From: Candidatus Undivivens industriae
Lineage (GTDB): Bacteria > Omnitrophota > Gorgyraeia > Gygaellales > Profunditerraquicolaceae
DNA length: 64,000 nt
Direction of reading: 5' to 3'
Assembly: GCA_012514745.1 (NCBI GenBank)
Contig: JAAYZR010000025.1
Coordinates: 18,930-82,929 of the forward strand
Positions 1 through 8,073 of the stretch are shown in pieces. The first letter of the stretch is position 1; the number at the start of each line of letters is the position of its first letter. The notes below the pieces were generated by a model. That model did not search any database and had not been told where the DNA came from. It worked only from the letters and a program-made list of their open reading frames with translations. The position numbers were made by a program, and so were the translations under genes.

Positions 1-41
1 AGCCATTCGCTCGTGTGATTGAGAAGATCGCTAAGATTCAT
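1..41 (-). CDS. mcsB: Probable protein arginine kinase McsB, N-terminal fragment (runs off window edge)
   Basis: Reverse complement reads MNLSDLLNHTSEW; ATG overlaps the end of mcsA; mcsA-mcsB is a conserved gene order. Only 13 complete codons are visible. Confidence 0.5.
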   Translation of the reverse strand, partial: MNLSDLLNHTSEW

Positions 42-567
42 TGTCCCCGCCGTCCGTTGCCTGCCGTTTCTGGTTGTCTTCCATGTCCCTTATCTTGTCC
101 CGCAGCCCGGCCGCTTCCTCGAAATCCTCCCGCTCCACCGCCTTTAAGAGCCTGCGGCGCAGTTCCTGCAATTCGTTCTTGGCGCGCGGCTGTTCCGCTC
201 TCTGCTCCCGGTTGACAGGAAACTTGCCGGAATGCCTTACCGAACCGTGTATGCGTTTCAGCAAAGGCGCCAGGTACTGGCGGAAGGCGGCATAACAATC
301 GCCGCAACCCAGCCTGCCTATCTTTTTGAATTCGACGTAGGTCAACCCGCAATTCGGACATTTTAAAGAGACGGTCTCCGCCGCTTTCTGCGGCTTGTCG
401 AAATCCGCCATTCCGGCGAGTATATCGCTCAAACCGAACTGCTGCTCCATCTGCGCGCTTTTGTTCCTGGCGCACTCCTCACAAAGATGCAGTTCGCTCA
501 TCTGATCGTCCACGATCTCGGTCAGATGCACAGTCGCCTGGTTTTTTCCGCAAATATCGCAAAGCAT
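31..567 (-). CDS. mcsA: McsA (CxxC zinc motifs plus UvrB/UvrC motif), activator of McsB
   Basis: MLCDIC...LCEECA...CPNCG...GRLGCGDCY and C-terminal AVEREDFEEAAGLRDKI UVR motif. Confidence 0.9.
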   Translation of the reverse strand: MLCDICGKNQATVHLTEIVDDQMSELHLCEECARNKSAQMEQQFGLSDILAGMADFDKPQKAAETVSLKCPNCGLTYVEFKKIGRLGCGDCYAAFRQYLAPLLKRIHGSVRHSGKFPVNREQRAEQPRAKNELQELRRRLLKAVEREDFEEAAGLRDKIRDMEDNQKRQATDGGDNES

Positions 568-597
568 AAAACGTCCTTCCTCCCGCGCCGGACGGCA

Positions 598-1473
598 TTA
601 TATTTTATATCTCACTCCGTCTTGGGCGGTGATAGTATGGAATTTCCCGATCAGCTTCCTGGTAGTCGGGCCGGGTTTGCCGCTGCCGATGACGCGCCCG
701 TCTATCTTGACCACCGGGATGATCTCTGCGGCAGTACCGGTCAGAAAACATTCATCGGAGATATAAACCTCATGCCTGGTAAGCACGTGCTCGTGCACCG
801 GTATGCGGTTTTTCTTGGCGAGTTCTATCACGGAATCCCTGGTGATACCGCGCAAGGTGCCCATGCACTGCGGAGGTGTGTAAAGACCGCCGTTCTTGAC
901 GATGAATATGTTATCTCCCGTGCACTCCGCCACGAATCCGAGGGCGTCAAGCATGATCGCTTCTTCGCAGCCCGCGTTCACCGCTTCAATCTTGGCCAGT
1001 ATGTTATTGAGATAATTCAGCGATTTTATCTGTGGATTCAACGCTTCCGGCATATTGCGCACCGTAGGCACGGTGACGATCGTCAACCCTTCCTTGTAAT
1101 GTTTTTCCGGGTAAAGAGTTATCTTATCGGCGATGATGATCACGGCCGGTTTCCCCGTGCACTTGCGCGGATCCATGCCGAGATCTCCCGTCCCGCGGCT
1201 GACCACCAGCCTGATGTAAGAATCCTTGAGCTTATTTGCCTTCAAAGTGTCGAGCACCGCCTTGATCATCTCCTGTTTAGTCATCCCTATATCGAGCATG
1301 ATGGTATGCGCGGATTCGTATAAACGGTCGATATGCTCCCTAAGCTTGAAAACCAGACAGTTATAAGAACGAATACCTTCGAACACCCCGTCGCCGTAAA
1401 GGAAACCGTGATCGAACACGGATATTTTGGCGTCTTCTCTCCCGTAAAACTTTCCATTGATGTAGATTTTCAT
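598..1473 (-). CDS. ilvE: Branched-chain amino acid aminotransferase (PLP class IV)
   Basis: DHGFLYGDGVFEGIR, KSLNYLNN (PLP lysine), ECTGDNIF, LRGITR, FLTGTAAEI. Confidence 0.93.
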   Translation of the reverse strand: MKIYINGKFYGREDAKISVFDHGFLYGDGVFEGIRSYNCLVFKLREHIDRLYESAHTIMLDIGMTKQEMIKAVLDTLKANKLKDSYIRLVVSRGTGDLGMDPRKCTGKPAVIIIADKITLYPEKHYKEGLTIVTVPTVRNMPEALNPQIKSLNYLNNILAKIEAVNAGCEEAIMLDALGFVAECTGDNIFIVKNGGLYTPPQCMGTLRGITRDSVIELAKKNRIPVHEHVLTRHEVYISDECFLTGTAAEIIPVVKIDGRVIGSGKPGPTTRKLIGKFHTITAQDGVRYKI

Positions 1474-1495
1474 TACTTCCTCCCAAATTAAGATA

Positions 1496-1528
1496 ATGAA
1501 TCCTCCCGGGCTTCAGTCCGGGGTTTCT
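1496..1528. repeat. IS200/IS605-like end hairpin remnant
   Basis: Minus strand AAACCCCGGACTGAAGCCCGGGAGGATTCAT resembles 57503-57535 AAATCCCGGAGCTTGAAGCCCGGGGAGTTTCAT. Confidence 0.4.
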
Positions 1529-1627
1529 TTCGCGATCAACCCAGATCGGCCGAGGTGTTATTCCCCGTCCGACAATCGACGGACGCGGTTGAAAAAAATC
1601 CGCTGTTCACGCCGCCGCGAATCGCTC

Positions 1628-2359
1628 TCATCTATGGGCTACGGCCTGCGGAGCGTGAACCGCTTTTGTCGCGTGCAGCAAACCGTCCCTCAACGAATAG
1701 ACCGCTTCGGCAACGCGCGCGAGGTCCTGGTTATGGGTCACCAGAACCAGGGTGGTGCCTTTCTCCCTGTTGATCCTCTTCAAAAGATCGGTGACTTCCG
1801 CCCCGGAAACAGAATCCAGGTTACCGGTAGGCTCGTCGCACAACAGGAACTCCGGCCTGTTTATCAAAGCCCTGGCGACCGCCGCCCTCTGCTGTTCCCC
1901 TCCGGAAAGCTGAGAAGGGAAATGCAACGCGCGCTTTTCCATCCCCACCGAACGGAGCAGTTCCTTAGCCTCTTTTTCCGTCTCGAAAGACGACCTGCCG
2001 CCGGCGATGTGCGCCGCCAGCATCACATTCTCCAGCACCGTGAATTCCGGAAGCAGATGATAAAATTGAAAAATGAACCCTATTCTGTTCGCGCGCAGGG
2101 CGCAAAGCGCGGCATCGTCCATGCCGTAAATGTTCCTGCCGCCGACCCAAACCTCCCCCTCTGTGGGCCTGTCCAGTCCCCCGAGTATATGCAAAAGGGT
2201 AGATTTTCCCGCTCCTGACGGCCCGACCAGGGCCGTGAAACTGCCGGCCGGAAGAAACAGATTTATGCCCTTGAGGATCTGCAGGTCGCTGCCGGAATGA
2301 AAATAAACCTTGTGGATATTCCTCGCTTCCAGCGCGCCCGGAGCGCCGGGATTATTCAT
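1628..2359 (-). CDS. lolD: Lipoprotein-releasing ABC transporter ATP-binding protein (LolD-type)
   Basis: GPSGAGKS Walker A, FQFYHLL, LSGGEQQR signature, CDEPTGNLD, VTHN; adjacent to LolC/E-type permease. Confidence 0.88.
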   Translation of the reverse strand: MNNPGAPGALEARNIHKVYFHSGSDLQILKGINLFLPAGSFTALVGPSGAGKSTLLHILGGLDRPTEGEVWVGGRNIYGMDDAALCALRANRIGFIFQFYHLLPEFTVLENVMLAAHIAGGRSSFETEKEAKELLRSVGMEKRALHFPSQLSGGEQQRAAVARALINRPEFLLCDEPTGNLDSVSGAEVTDLLKRINREKGTTLVLVTHNQDLARVAEAVYSLRDGLLHATKAVHAPQAVAHR

Positions 2360-3542
2360 AACGTATTGCCTCCACAGGTTCCAGGCGCGCGGCCTTGGCC
2401 GCCGGATAAAGGGTGGCCGCCATCACGATGGCCGCGGCGCAGCCGACGATCATTACCACGTCCGGCCAGATCTCCACCGCCACCGGGAGATGATCGAGAT
2501 AATAAATATCCTGCGGCAGTCTTATGAATCGGTATTTCTTCAAAAGCGCGCAGACCAGAAGGCCGCCTCCGGCTCCGAGCGCTATCCCCAGCCCGCCGAT
2601 CATCGCCCCGGCGTAAGTAAATATCTTTTTCACCTCCCGCGAGGTCATGCCCAGCGCCTTGAGTATGCCCACGTCGCGGGTCTTATCCACCACCATCACT
2701 ATAAGCGTACTGATGATGTTAAACGACGCCACCAATATTATCAAAGTCAGGATAATGAACATGGTAATCTTCTCCAACTGCAGGGCGGCGAGAAAATTCC
2801 GGTTCACGTCCATCCAGGTATTGACGTTATATTCCGCTCCCAGATCGCGCTCGAGAGCGGCCTTGACCCTGGCGGCCGACTCCAGCCTGTCCAGTTTGAC
2901 CGCCAGCGCGGTCAGGCGGTTCCCCGAGCCGAGGAGTTCTTGAGCGGCCTTGATGCCGGTGAAAGCCAGATTCATATCATAGTCGTACATTCCGGAGTTA
3001 AAGATACCGCACACCCTGAACTGGTACTGTTTCCCCAGCGGTGAATAGACGGTCAGCTGCGAATCCAGGCCGACGTTCAGAAATTTGGCGAGTTCACTGC
3101 CCAGGACCACTCCTTTTTCCGAAGGCTCCGGGAATCTGCCCTGTTTCAGGTATCCGAGGAACCCGCTCACCTTGCCGAGGCTCCCGGGATCCACTCCGCG
3201 CACAGCCACGGCGAAGAGCCTCTCCGCGTCCTTCAATAAAGCCTGCCCCTGCAGGTACGGGCTGACCGCGCGCACGCGCCGGTCGGACATTATCTTCTTC
3301 TCCAGTCCGGAGTAACCGGCCTCCTCTATACCGCGGTAAGAAGAGATGGTGATGTCGGAATAATTGCCGATTATCTTTGCCTTCAGGTCCTGGTCGAAAC
3401 CCGTCATTACCGCTATAACGATAATCAGCGCCATTACTCCTATGGCTATACCGAGCACCGAAATCAGGCTAATCAAAGAAATGAATTTTTCTTTTCTGGC
3501 GGTGAACAGATAACGCAGGCTGACAAAGAGGGCCGTGTTCAT
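2352..3542 (-). CDS. lolC: Lipoprotein-releasing ABC transporter permease (LolC/E, MacB/FtsX fold)
   Basis: GIAIGVMALIIVIAVMTGF, VASFNIISTLIVMVVDKTRDVGILKALG, YPAAKAARLEPVEAIRYE. Confidence 0.88.
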   Translation of the reverse strand: MNTALFVSLRYLFTARKEKFISLISLISVLGIAIGVMALIIVIAVMTGFDQDLKAKIIGNYSDITISSYRGIEEAGYSGLEKKIMSDRRVRAVSPYLQGQALLKDAERLFAVAVRGVDPGSLGKVSGFLGYLKQGRFPEPSEKGVVLGSELAKFLNVGLDSQLTVYSPLGKQYQFRVCGIFNSGMYDYDMNLAFTGIKAAQELLGSGNRLTALAVKLDRLESAARVKAALERDLGAEYNVNTWMDVNRNFLAALQLEKITMFIILTLIILVASFNIISTLIVMVVDKTRDVGILKALGMTSREVKKIFTYAGAMIGGLGIALGAGGGLLVCALLKKYRFIRLPQDIYYLDHLPVAVEIWPDVVMIVGCAAAIVMAATLYPAAKAARLEPVEAIRYE

Positions 3543-5005
3543 GCCGGCGGTTCCTCCGCCGTCTTCTCCGGCCGCAGCAGCGGGAAAAGAATGACGTCCC
3601 GTATCGAAGGTTTATCGGTCAACAGCATTACCAGACGGTCTATACCTATGCCCAGCCCTCCGGCAGGAGGCATACCGTGCCCCAGAGCGACAACATAATC
3701 CTCGTCAACAGATTTCTCGTCTTCCGGACCGGCTTCCGCCGTTTCCTCGCGGAAACGCGCATTCTGTTCCTGCGGGTCGTTCAACTCAGAATAGGCGTTG
3801 CCCGTCTCCATCCCGGAGATAAAAAGCTCGAAACGCTCCGATAAAAGCGGATTGTCCGCTTTGGTCCTGGCCAGGGGGCACATACTGGTAAAATAATCGG
3901 TGATAAAAGTGGGATCCGGGGTCATCCCTTCTTCCAGGATGTCCTCGATGATCTTGGTGACCTGCGAACGGCTCAGGCGGTTCGCGCTTTTTGCCGCCCC
4001 GCCGGCGTGCAGTTTAGCGAGCATCTCCTCCGCCCCGTCGGAAGGCAAAATGCCGAACCGTTCCTTCACCGTGTCGGCGAAAGAAACCCTTCTCCAGGGG
4101 GTGGATACGTCTATCTCCTTGCCCTGGAAAACGAATTTGCTGCCGCCGTGCAGCTCTTTCACCAACCCGCAAATCATCTCCTCGCAAAGCCGCATCATCG
4201 AAGAGTAATCTTCGTAAGCGGCATAAACCTCCAGCATGGTGAATTCAGGGTTGTGCCTGGTGGATACGCCTTCGTTACGGAAACTGCGGTTTATCTCATA
4301 CACCTTCTCGAAACCGCCCACCAGCAGCCTCTTCAGATAAAGCTCGGGGGCTATGCGCAGGTAAAGCGGCATATCGTATTCATTGTGGTGCGTCTTGAAC
4401 GGCCGGCCGGCCGCTCCTCCGGGAATGGAATGCATCATGGGAGTCTCAACTTCCAGGAACCCCCTGCCGTCCAGGAAAGAACGGATGAAACCGGTGATCT
4501 TCGCCCTGGCCTTGAATACGCCGCGAACCTCCTCGTTGGATATCAGGTCGAGGTAACGCTGCCTGTAACGTATCTCGACGTCCTTGAGCCCGTGCCATTT
4601 CTCCGGCAGCGGCCTCAAGGCCTTGGAAAGCATGGACATTTTATCGACCTTAACGGTGATCTCTCCGGAGTGCGTCTTGAATATCTCTCCGCAAACCTCC
4701 AGGATATCCCCGATATCGAACTGTCCGAGCAGCACCAGGTCTTTGCCGTCGAAGGCGTCCGAACGCAGGTAAAGCTGTATCCTGCCGCCGGCATCACGCA
4801 GGTCCACGAAAGACACTTTGCCGTGGGAACGTTTGGCGGTAACTCTGCCGCAGATACAAACCCTGCTTCCCTCCGGCGAGACCAAGGCATCGGGAACGCT
4901 TACGCGCCCTTTACCGGCTGAGGCCTTATCGTAACCGGAGAATCCCTCTTTCCGCAGCGCGGCCAGTTTTTCTTCTCTTTGCGCGATCAATTCTTGCATG
5001 TCCAT
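3539..5005 (-). CDS. lysS: Lysyl-tRNA synthetase class II
   Basis: LPEKWHGLKDVEIRYRQRYLDL, RIAPELYLKRL, FRNEG..RHNPEFT, GMPPAGGLGIGIDRLVM. Confidence 0.97.
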   Translation of the reverse strand: MDMQELIAQREEKLAALRKEGFSGYDKASAGKGRVSVPDALVSPEGSRVCICGRVTAKRSHGKVSFVDLRDAGGRIQLYLRSDAFDGKDLVLLGQFDIGDILEVCGEIFKTHSGEITVKVDKMSMLSKALRPLPEKWHGLKDVEIRYRQRYLDLISNEEVRGVFKARAKITGFIRSFLDGRGFLEVETPMMHSIPGGAAGRPFKTHHNEYDMPLYLRIAPELYLKRLLVGGFEKVYEINRSFRNEGVSTRHNPEFTMLEVYAAYEDYSSMMRLCEEMICGLVKELHGGSKFVFQGKEIDVSTPWRRVSFADTVKERFGILPSDGAEEMLAKLHAGGAAKSANRLSRSQVTKIIEDILEEGMTPDPTFITDYFTSMCPLARTKADNPLLSERFELFISGMETGNAYSELNDPQEQNARFREETAEAGPEDEKSVDEDYVVALGHGMPPAGGLGIGIDRLVMLLTDKPSIRDVILFPLLRPEKTAEEPPA

Positions 5006-5053
5006 TATTCATTCCTTAGAGGTTGTCGGAGATTTGTATATATAAGATAGATA

Positions 5054-5082
5054 ATTATATAGTAGTTTCCGCGGGGTGTCAA
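5054..5082 (-). promoter_or_regulatory. sigma70-type promoter for lysS-lolC-lolD
   Basis: Perfect TTGACA-17 bp-TATAAT on the minus strand, ~50 bp upstream of the lysS ATG. Confidence 0.85.
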
Positions 5083-5213
5083 TAATACAGAACAGAATCC
5101 GGCAACCCCTGATCGACACTCCGCAGCAAGAACAGATATGGATTTGTTTCGCGGAATTTCCGTGGCCTATGGCCCGTGGACTATTTTGTCGTGCGCTATC
5201 CGGAGGCAGAATA

Positions 5214-6179
5214 TCAGCGATTATAGTCCGACAGTTTCTTGATACGGCGGAGCATGTTGGGATGGGTGCTCAGCGCCTCCATCAGTTTGTCGGCGAAGTT
5301 CAAGCGCACATTCTTATTTGAAAGCGCGGCGAGTTCCGCGAGGTCTATGCTGCCGTCGCTGTTGGTGTCCAACTGACGCAATTCGCGTATCTCGTTCATC
5401 GCCTGGGAAGGATCATTGACGAAAAACGCCTTGAGCCCTTCGTATTCGCGCACCTCTTCCTTGTCTGTCCGCGCCGAGCCGTAAACCAGCTTGTAAAGGC
5501 TGGAAGCCAGGTCCGAAGGGGAATTGCCGAGCTCCACCGATCCCCTGTCGGCGAAATACTCGCGGATCCTGGAGGCGTAAAGCACCAGCAGGTTCGTAAT
5601 GAAATAAAAGATGAAAGCCGCCAGCCCGATCAGCGCGGCTCCCCCGCCTGAACGGTTGTTGCTCCTGCCGCGGCCGAAAAACAGGAACTGCCAGGCGATG
5701 CGGTACATTATCAAAGGGATCACCGACAGTATGGTTATAGTCAGCACGTCGCGGTTCTTAATATGGCTTATTTCATGCCCGAGAACGGCCCTCAATTCTC
5801 CGGCGTTCAAAAGCCTCAAGATACCGGAAGTGACGCAGACCCTCCCGTCCTTCACCGAGCGGCCGAACGCGAAAGCGTTGGGAAGCGTTATGTCGGATAT
5901 TGCCACGCGCGGCATCGGAATGCCTGCCTGAACCGCAAGTCCTTCGACCATGTTGTAAAGGGCCGGATTGTCCTTTCTCTCTATATAACGCACCCGCATC
6001 GTCCACTGGACGATCAAGGGGCCCATCATATATTGCAGCAGCATTATCCCCACGGAGACAGCCAGATAAAAATAGAAATTGCTTATTCCGGCGTAATAGC
6101 CGAGCATAACTACCAAGGCGTATACTATACCGAAAAGAACGGTCACCAAAAGCCACATTTTCAGTCTAAGCATGAACAT
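5214..6179 (-). CDS. htpX: HtpX-family zinc metalloprotease (M48)
   Basis: PNAFAFG, HEISH zinc motif, SRIREYFAD, STHPN; TM helices; internal EF-hand-like DTNSDGSID. Confidence 0.9.
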   Translation of the reverse strand: MFMLRLKMWLLVTVLFGIVYALVVMLGYYAGISNFYFYLAVSVGIMLLQYMMGPLIVQWTMRVRYIERKDNPALYNMVEGLAVQAGIPMPRVAISDITLPNAFAFGRSVKDGRVCVTSGILRLLNAGELRAVLGHEISHIKNRDVLTITILSVIPLIMYRIAWQFLFFGRGRSNNRSGGGAALIGLAAFIFYFITNLLVLYASRIREYFADRGSVELGNSPSDLASSLYKLVYGSARTDKEEVREYEGLKAFFVNDPSQAMNEIRELRQLDTNSDGSIDLAELAALSNKNVRLNFADKLMEALSTHPNMLRRIKKLSDYNR

Positions 6180-6294
6180 CGTATTATCCTCCAGTAATTC
6201 GGTAACGGTAACGAAACCTGTTTCGTCTCCCGGTTACGGTTACGCAAGTGTTCAGTCCTTCATGCCTCGCGCTTTGTCTTTCGTATAATGAAGC

Positions 6295-6723
6295 TCACCG
6301 GGGGACCACCACCGCTTTTATTATAAACTTCAGCGCCTGATTGTCAACATCATCGGTATTGACGTAAACGAACTGGGTAACCGCCCCGGAATACCCCTTG
6401 CTGTCGAACTTCACATCCAGGAACGTTTCTTCCCCAGGCGCGAGCGTGTTTTTTCTTAGCGACGCGGATGCGCAGCCGCAGGAAGCCACGGTGCCGGTTA
6501 TCGTTAATTTCCGCTTCCCCTCGTTCTGGATAAGAAAAGCGTGCTCCCGGATGTCTCCCTCCCGTATAGAGCCGAAATCATAGCTCACGCCCTCATTCCT
6601 GTTCTCTTGTCCTCCTGCCGGCACAAAAGATACCGCCGGGTTTTTGACCGCGGCGGACTTACGAGCGGCGCATCCGCACAAAAAAGAAGACACGAGCAAC
6701 CCGGAGATTATAAGTGTTTTCAT
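6295..6723 (-). CDS. DUF1573-like Ig-fold lipoprotein
   Basis: Likely start MKTLIISG (TAATG overlap with upstream stop); lipobox FLCGC; YDFGSI..F.IQNEG..L.I....SCGC.....LAPGE. Confidence 0.75.
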   Translation of the reverse strand: MKTLIISGLLVSSFLCGCAARKSAAVKNPAVSFVPAGGQENRNEGVSYDFGSIREGDIREHAFLIQNEGKRKLTITGTVASCGCASASLRKNTLAPGEETFLDVKFDSKGYSGAVTQFVYVNTDDVDNQALKFIIKAVVVPR

Positions 6724-7922
6724 TAAGGCCTCCTGATCAAAAGAAAACCCATTATGAAGAAGACGGCGGCCATAGCCGCTTTTAAAACAGGAATTTTTCT
6801 GCTCACGAACGATGCCATCCTGGACGAAGTCACCCCCCAAAGGGCTATGGTAAGCACCGCGGCCAGAGGTAAGATGAACATTATATTGTAAAGAAAGAGA
6901 TAAAACCACGCTTTGGCCTTGAACTCCGCGGTCTTCAACACGAAGACGATCGTAGGCAGATACATCTGTCCGGTGCATACCGACTCCAGCAAAGAAACAA
7001 GGAATCCGGTGGAAAAAGCGGTCACGGCGTGCGCGCGCAGGCTGCGCCGTTCCAGCCCGGGGTCCCTTCCTCTGCGGTAAGAATCGCCTATGATTCCCTG
7101 TATCCTGGCTTTGACCGCGGCTGGAAGACGAAGCGCCATCTTATCGCCGCCTCCCCTGGAATAAAAAACGATTATGTCGTATACCGCCGCTACTCCCAGC
7201 GCCAGGCTGAAGATACCGAAAACGAAATTAACGGTGTTGGCAACCTGCCAGAACCGGTTAAGTTTATAGAGAAATCCGAATATGCCCAAACCGATCATTA
7301 CATAAGCGAAGAATACAGCCAGAATGAATACCGCACCCACGAAAAGCAGTTCTTTGCGGGAGTACTTCTGCAGGGCGAGGAACGAAATGAAGAAAACGAT
7401 CACGGTGAAAGCGCAGGGATTGATGCCGTCCACCAGTCCGGCGGAAACGATCGCCAGCATCCCCAGTCCGGCAAAGTTATCTTTGATATCCATCGGAGCG
7501 GACCCGGAGCCGGTTTTGCCCGCGGCACCGCCATTCTGTATGATCCTGCGCACGAACGATTCCGGCGGTTCCTTGCTTTTTCCGGACAGAAATTGCCCCT
7601 CAAGAAAAAACACCGGCCAATGATCGTTTTGCAGAGCATAATAATACTGCCGGCGCAGTGAGAGATAAAATTTATATTGTTCGGGCAGGCTTATGTCCAG
7701 TTCAACAACGTCAATCTTCTCGCCGAAAAGCGACCGCAGAGAAGGTAGAGTCGTCATCCTGGCATCGGCGCACTCCCTGCAGGTCGGAGAATAGAAGAAA
7801 TAAAGCTGTTTCTTACCTTTGTCCTGTGCCGGCTGCGCACGGACAGCGCTTATCCAGCCGAGCGACAGTAAAAATATACCGCATAGCGCAAGAACCAGAT
7901 CTACTCTTCCGCGACACCTCAT
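6723..7922 (-). CDS. Thioredoxin-like domain fused to CcdA/DsbD-type membrane redox domain
   Basis: Signal peptide, FFYSPTCREC CxxC; GLVDGINPCAF and LESVCTGQMYLP TM cysteine motifs. Confidence 0.75.
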   Translation of the reverse strand: MRCRGRVDLVLALCGIFLLSLGWISAVRAQPAQDKGKKQLYFFYSPTCRECADARMTTLPSLRSLFGEKIDVVELDISLPEQYKFYLSLRRQYYYALQNDHWPVFFLEGQFLSGKSKEPPESFVRRIIQNGGAAGKTGSGSAPMDIKDNFAGLGMLAIVSAGLVDGINPCAFTVIVFFISFLALQKYSRKELLFVGAVFILAVFFAYVMIGLGIFGFLYKLNRFWQVANTVNFVFGIFSLALGVAAVYDIIVFYSRGGGDKMALRLPAAVKARIQGIIGDSYRRGRDPGLERRSLRAHAVTAFSTGFLVSLLESVCTGQMYLPTIVFVLKTAEFKAKAWFYLFLYNIMFILPLAAVLTIALWGVTSSRMASFVSRKIPVLKAAMAAVFFIMGFLLIRRP

Positions 7923-7949
7923 CTGTCTTCCTTAGCGTTAAGTTCCGAG

Positions 7950-8073
7950 TTCCGGGGACACAATACTTAATTATACGGGGACACGATACTTAAAGAGTAT
8001 CGTGTCCCCGGAATTCAAGTAGTATAACATAGAGAAAGAAGTGTGGCTATAATTAAGTATTGTGTCCCCGGAA
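7950..8073. repeat. Nested REP-like inverted repeat cluster (4 copies of the GGGGACAC(A/G)ATACT unit)
   Basis: Perfect 26-bp IR 7950-7975/8048-8073 enclosing a perfect 15-bp hairpin 7976-7990/7996-8010. Confidence 0.9.

Noticed and set aside
1474-1627. T-box or attenuator upstream of ilvE
   Set aside because: The region is too short and lacks the T-box AGGGTGGNACCGCG motif; only a repeat-like hairpin is seen.
7950-8073. Possible CRISPR array from the GGGGACAC repeats
   Set aside because: Copies are inverted or nested rather than direct repeats with regular unique spacers; no cas genes. The adjacent PD-(D/E)XK Fe-S protein is AddB-like, not Cas4.
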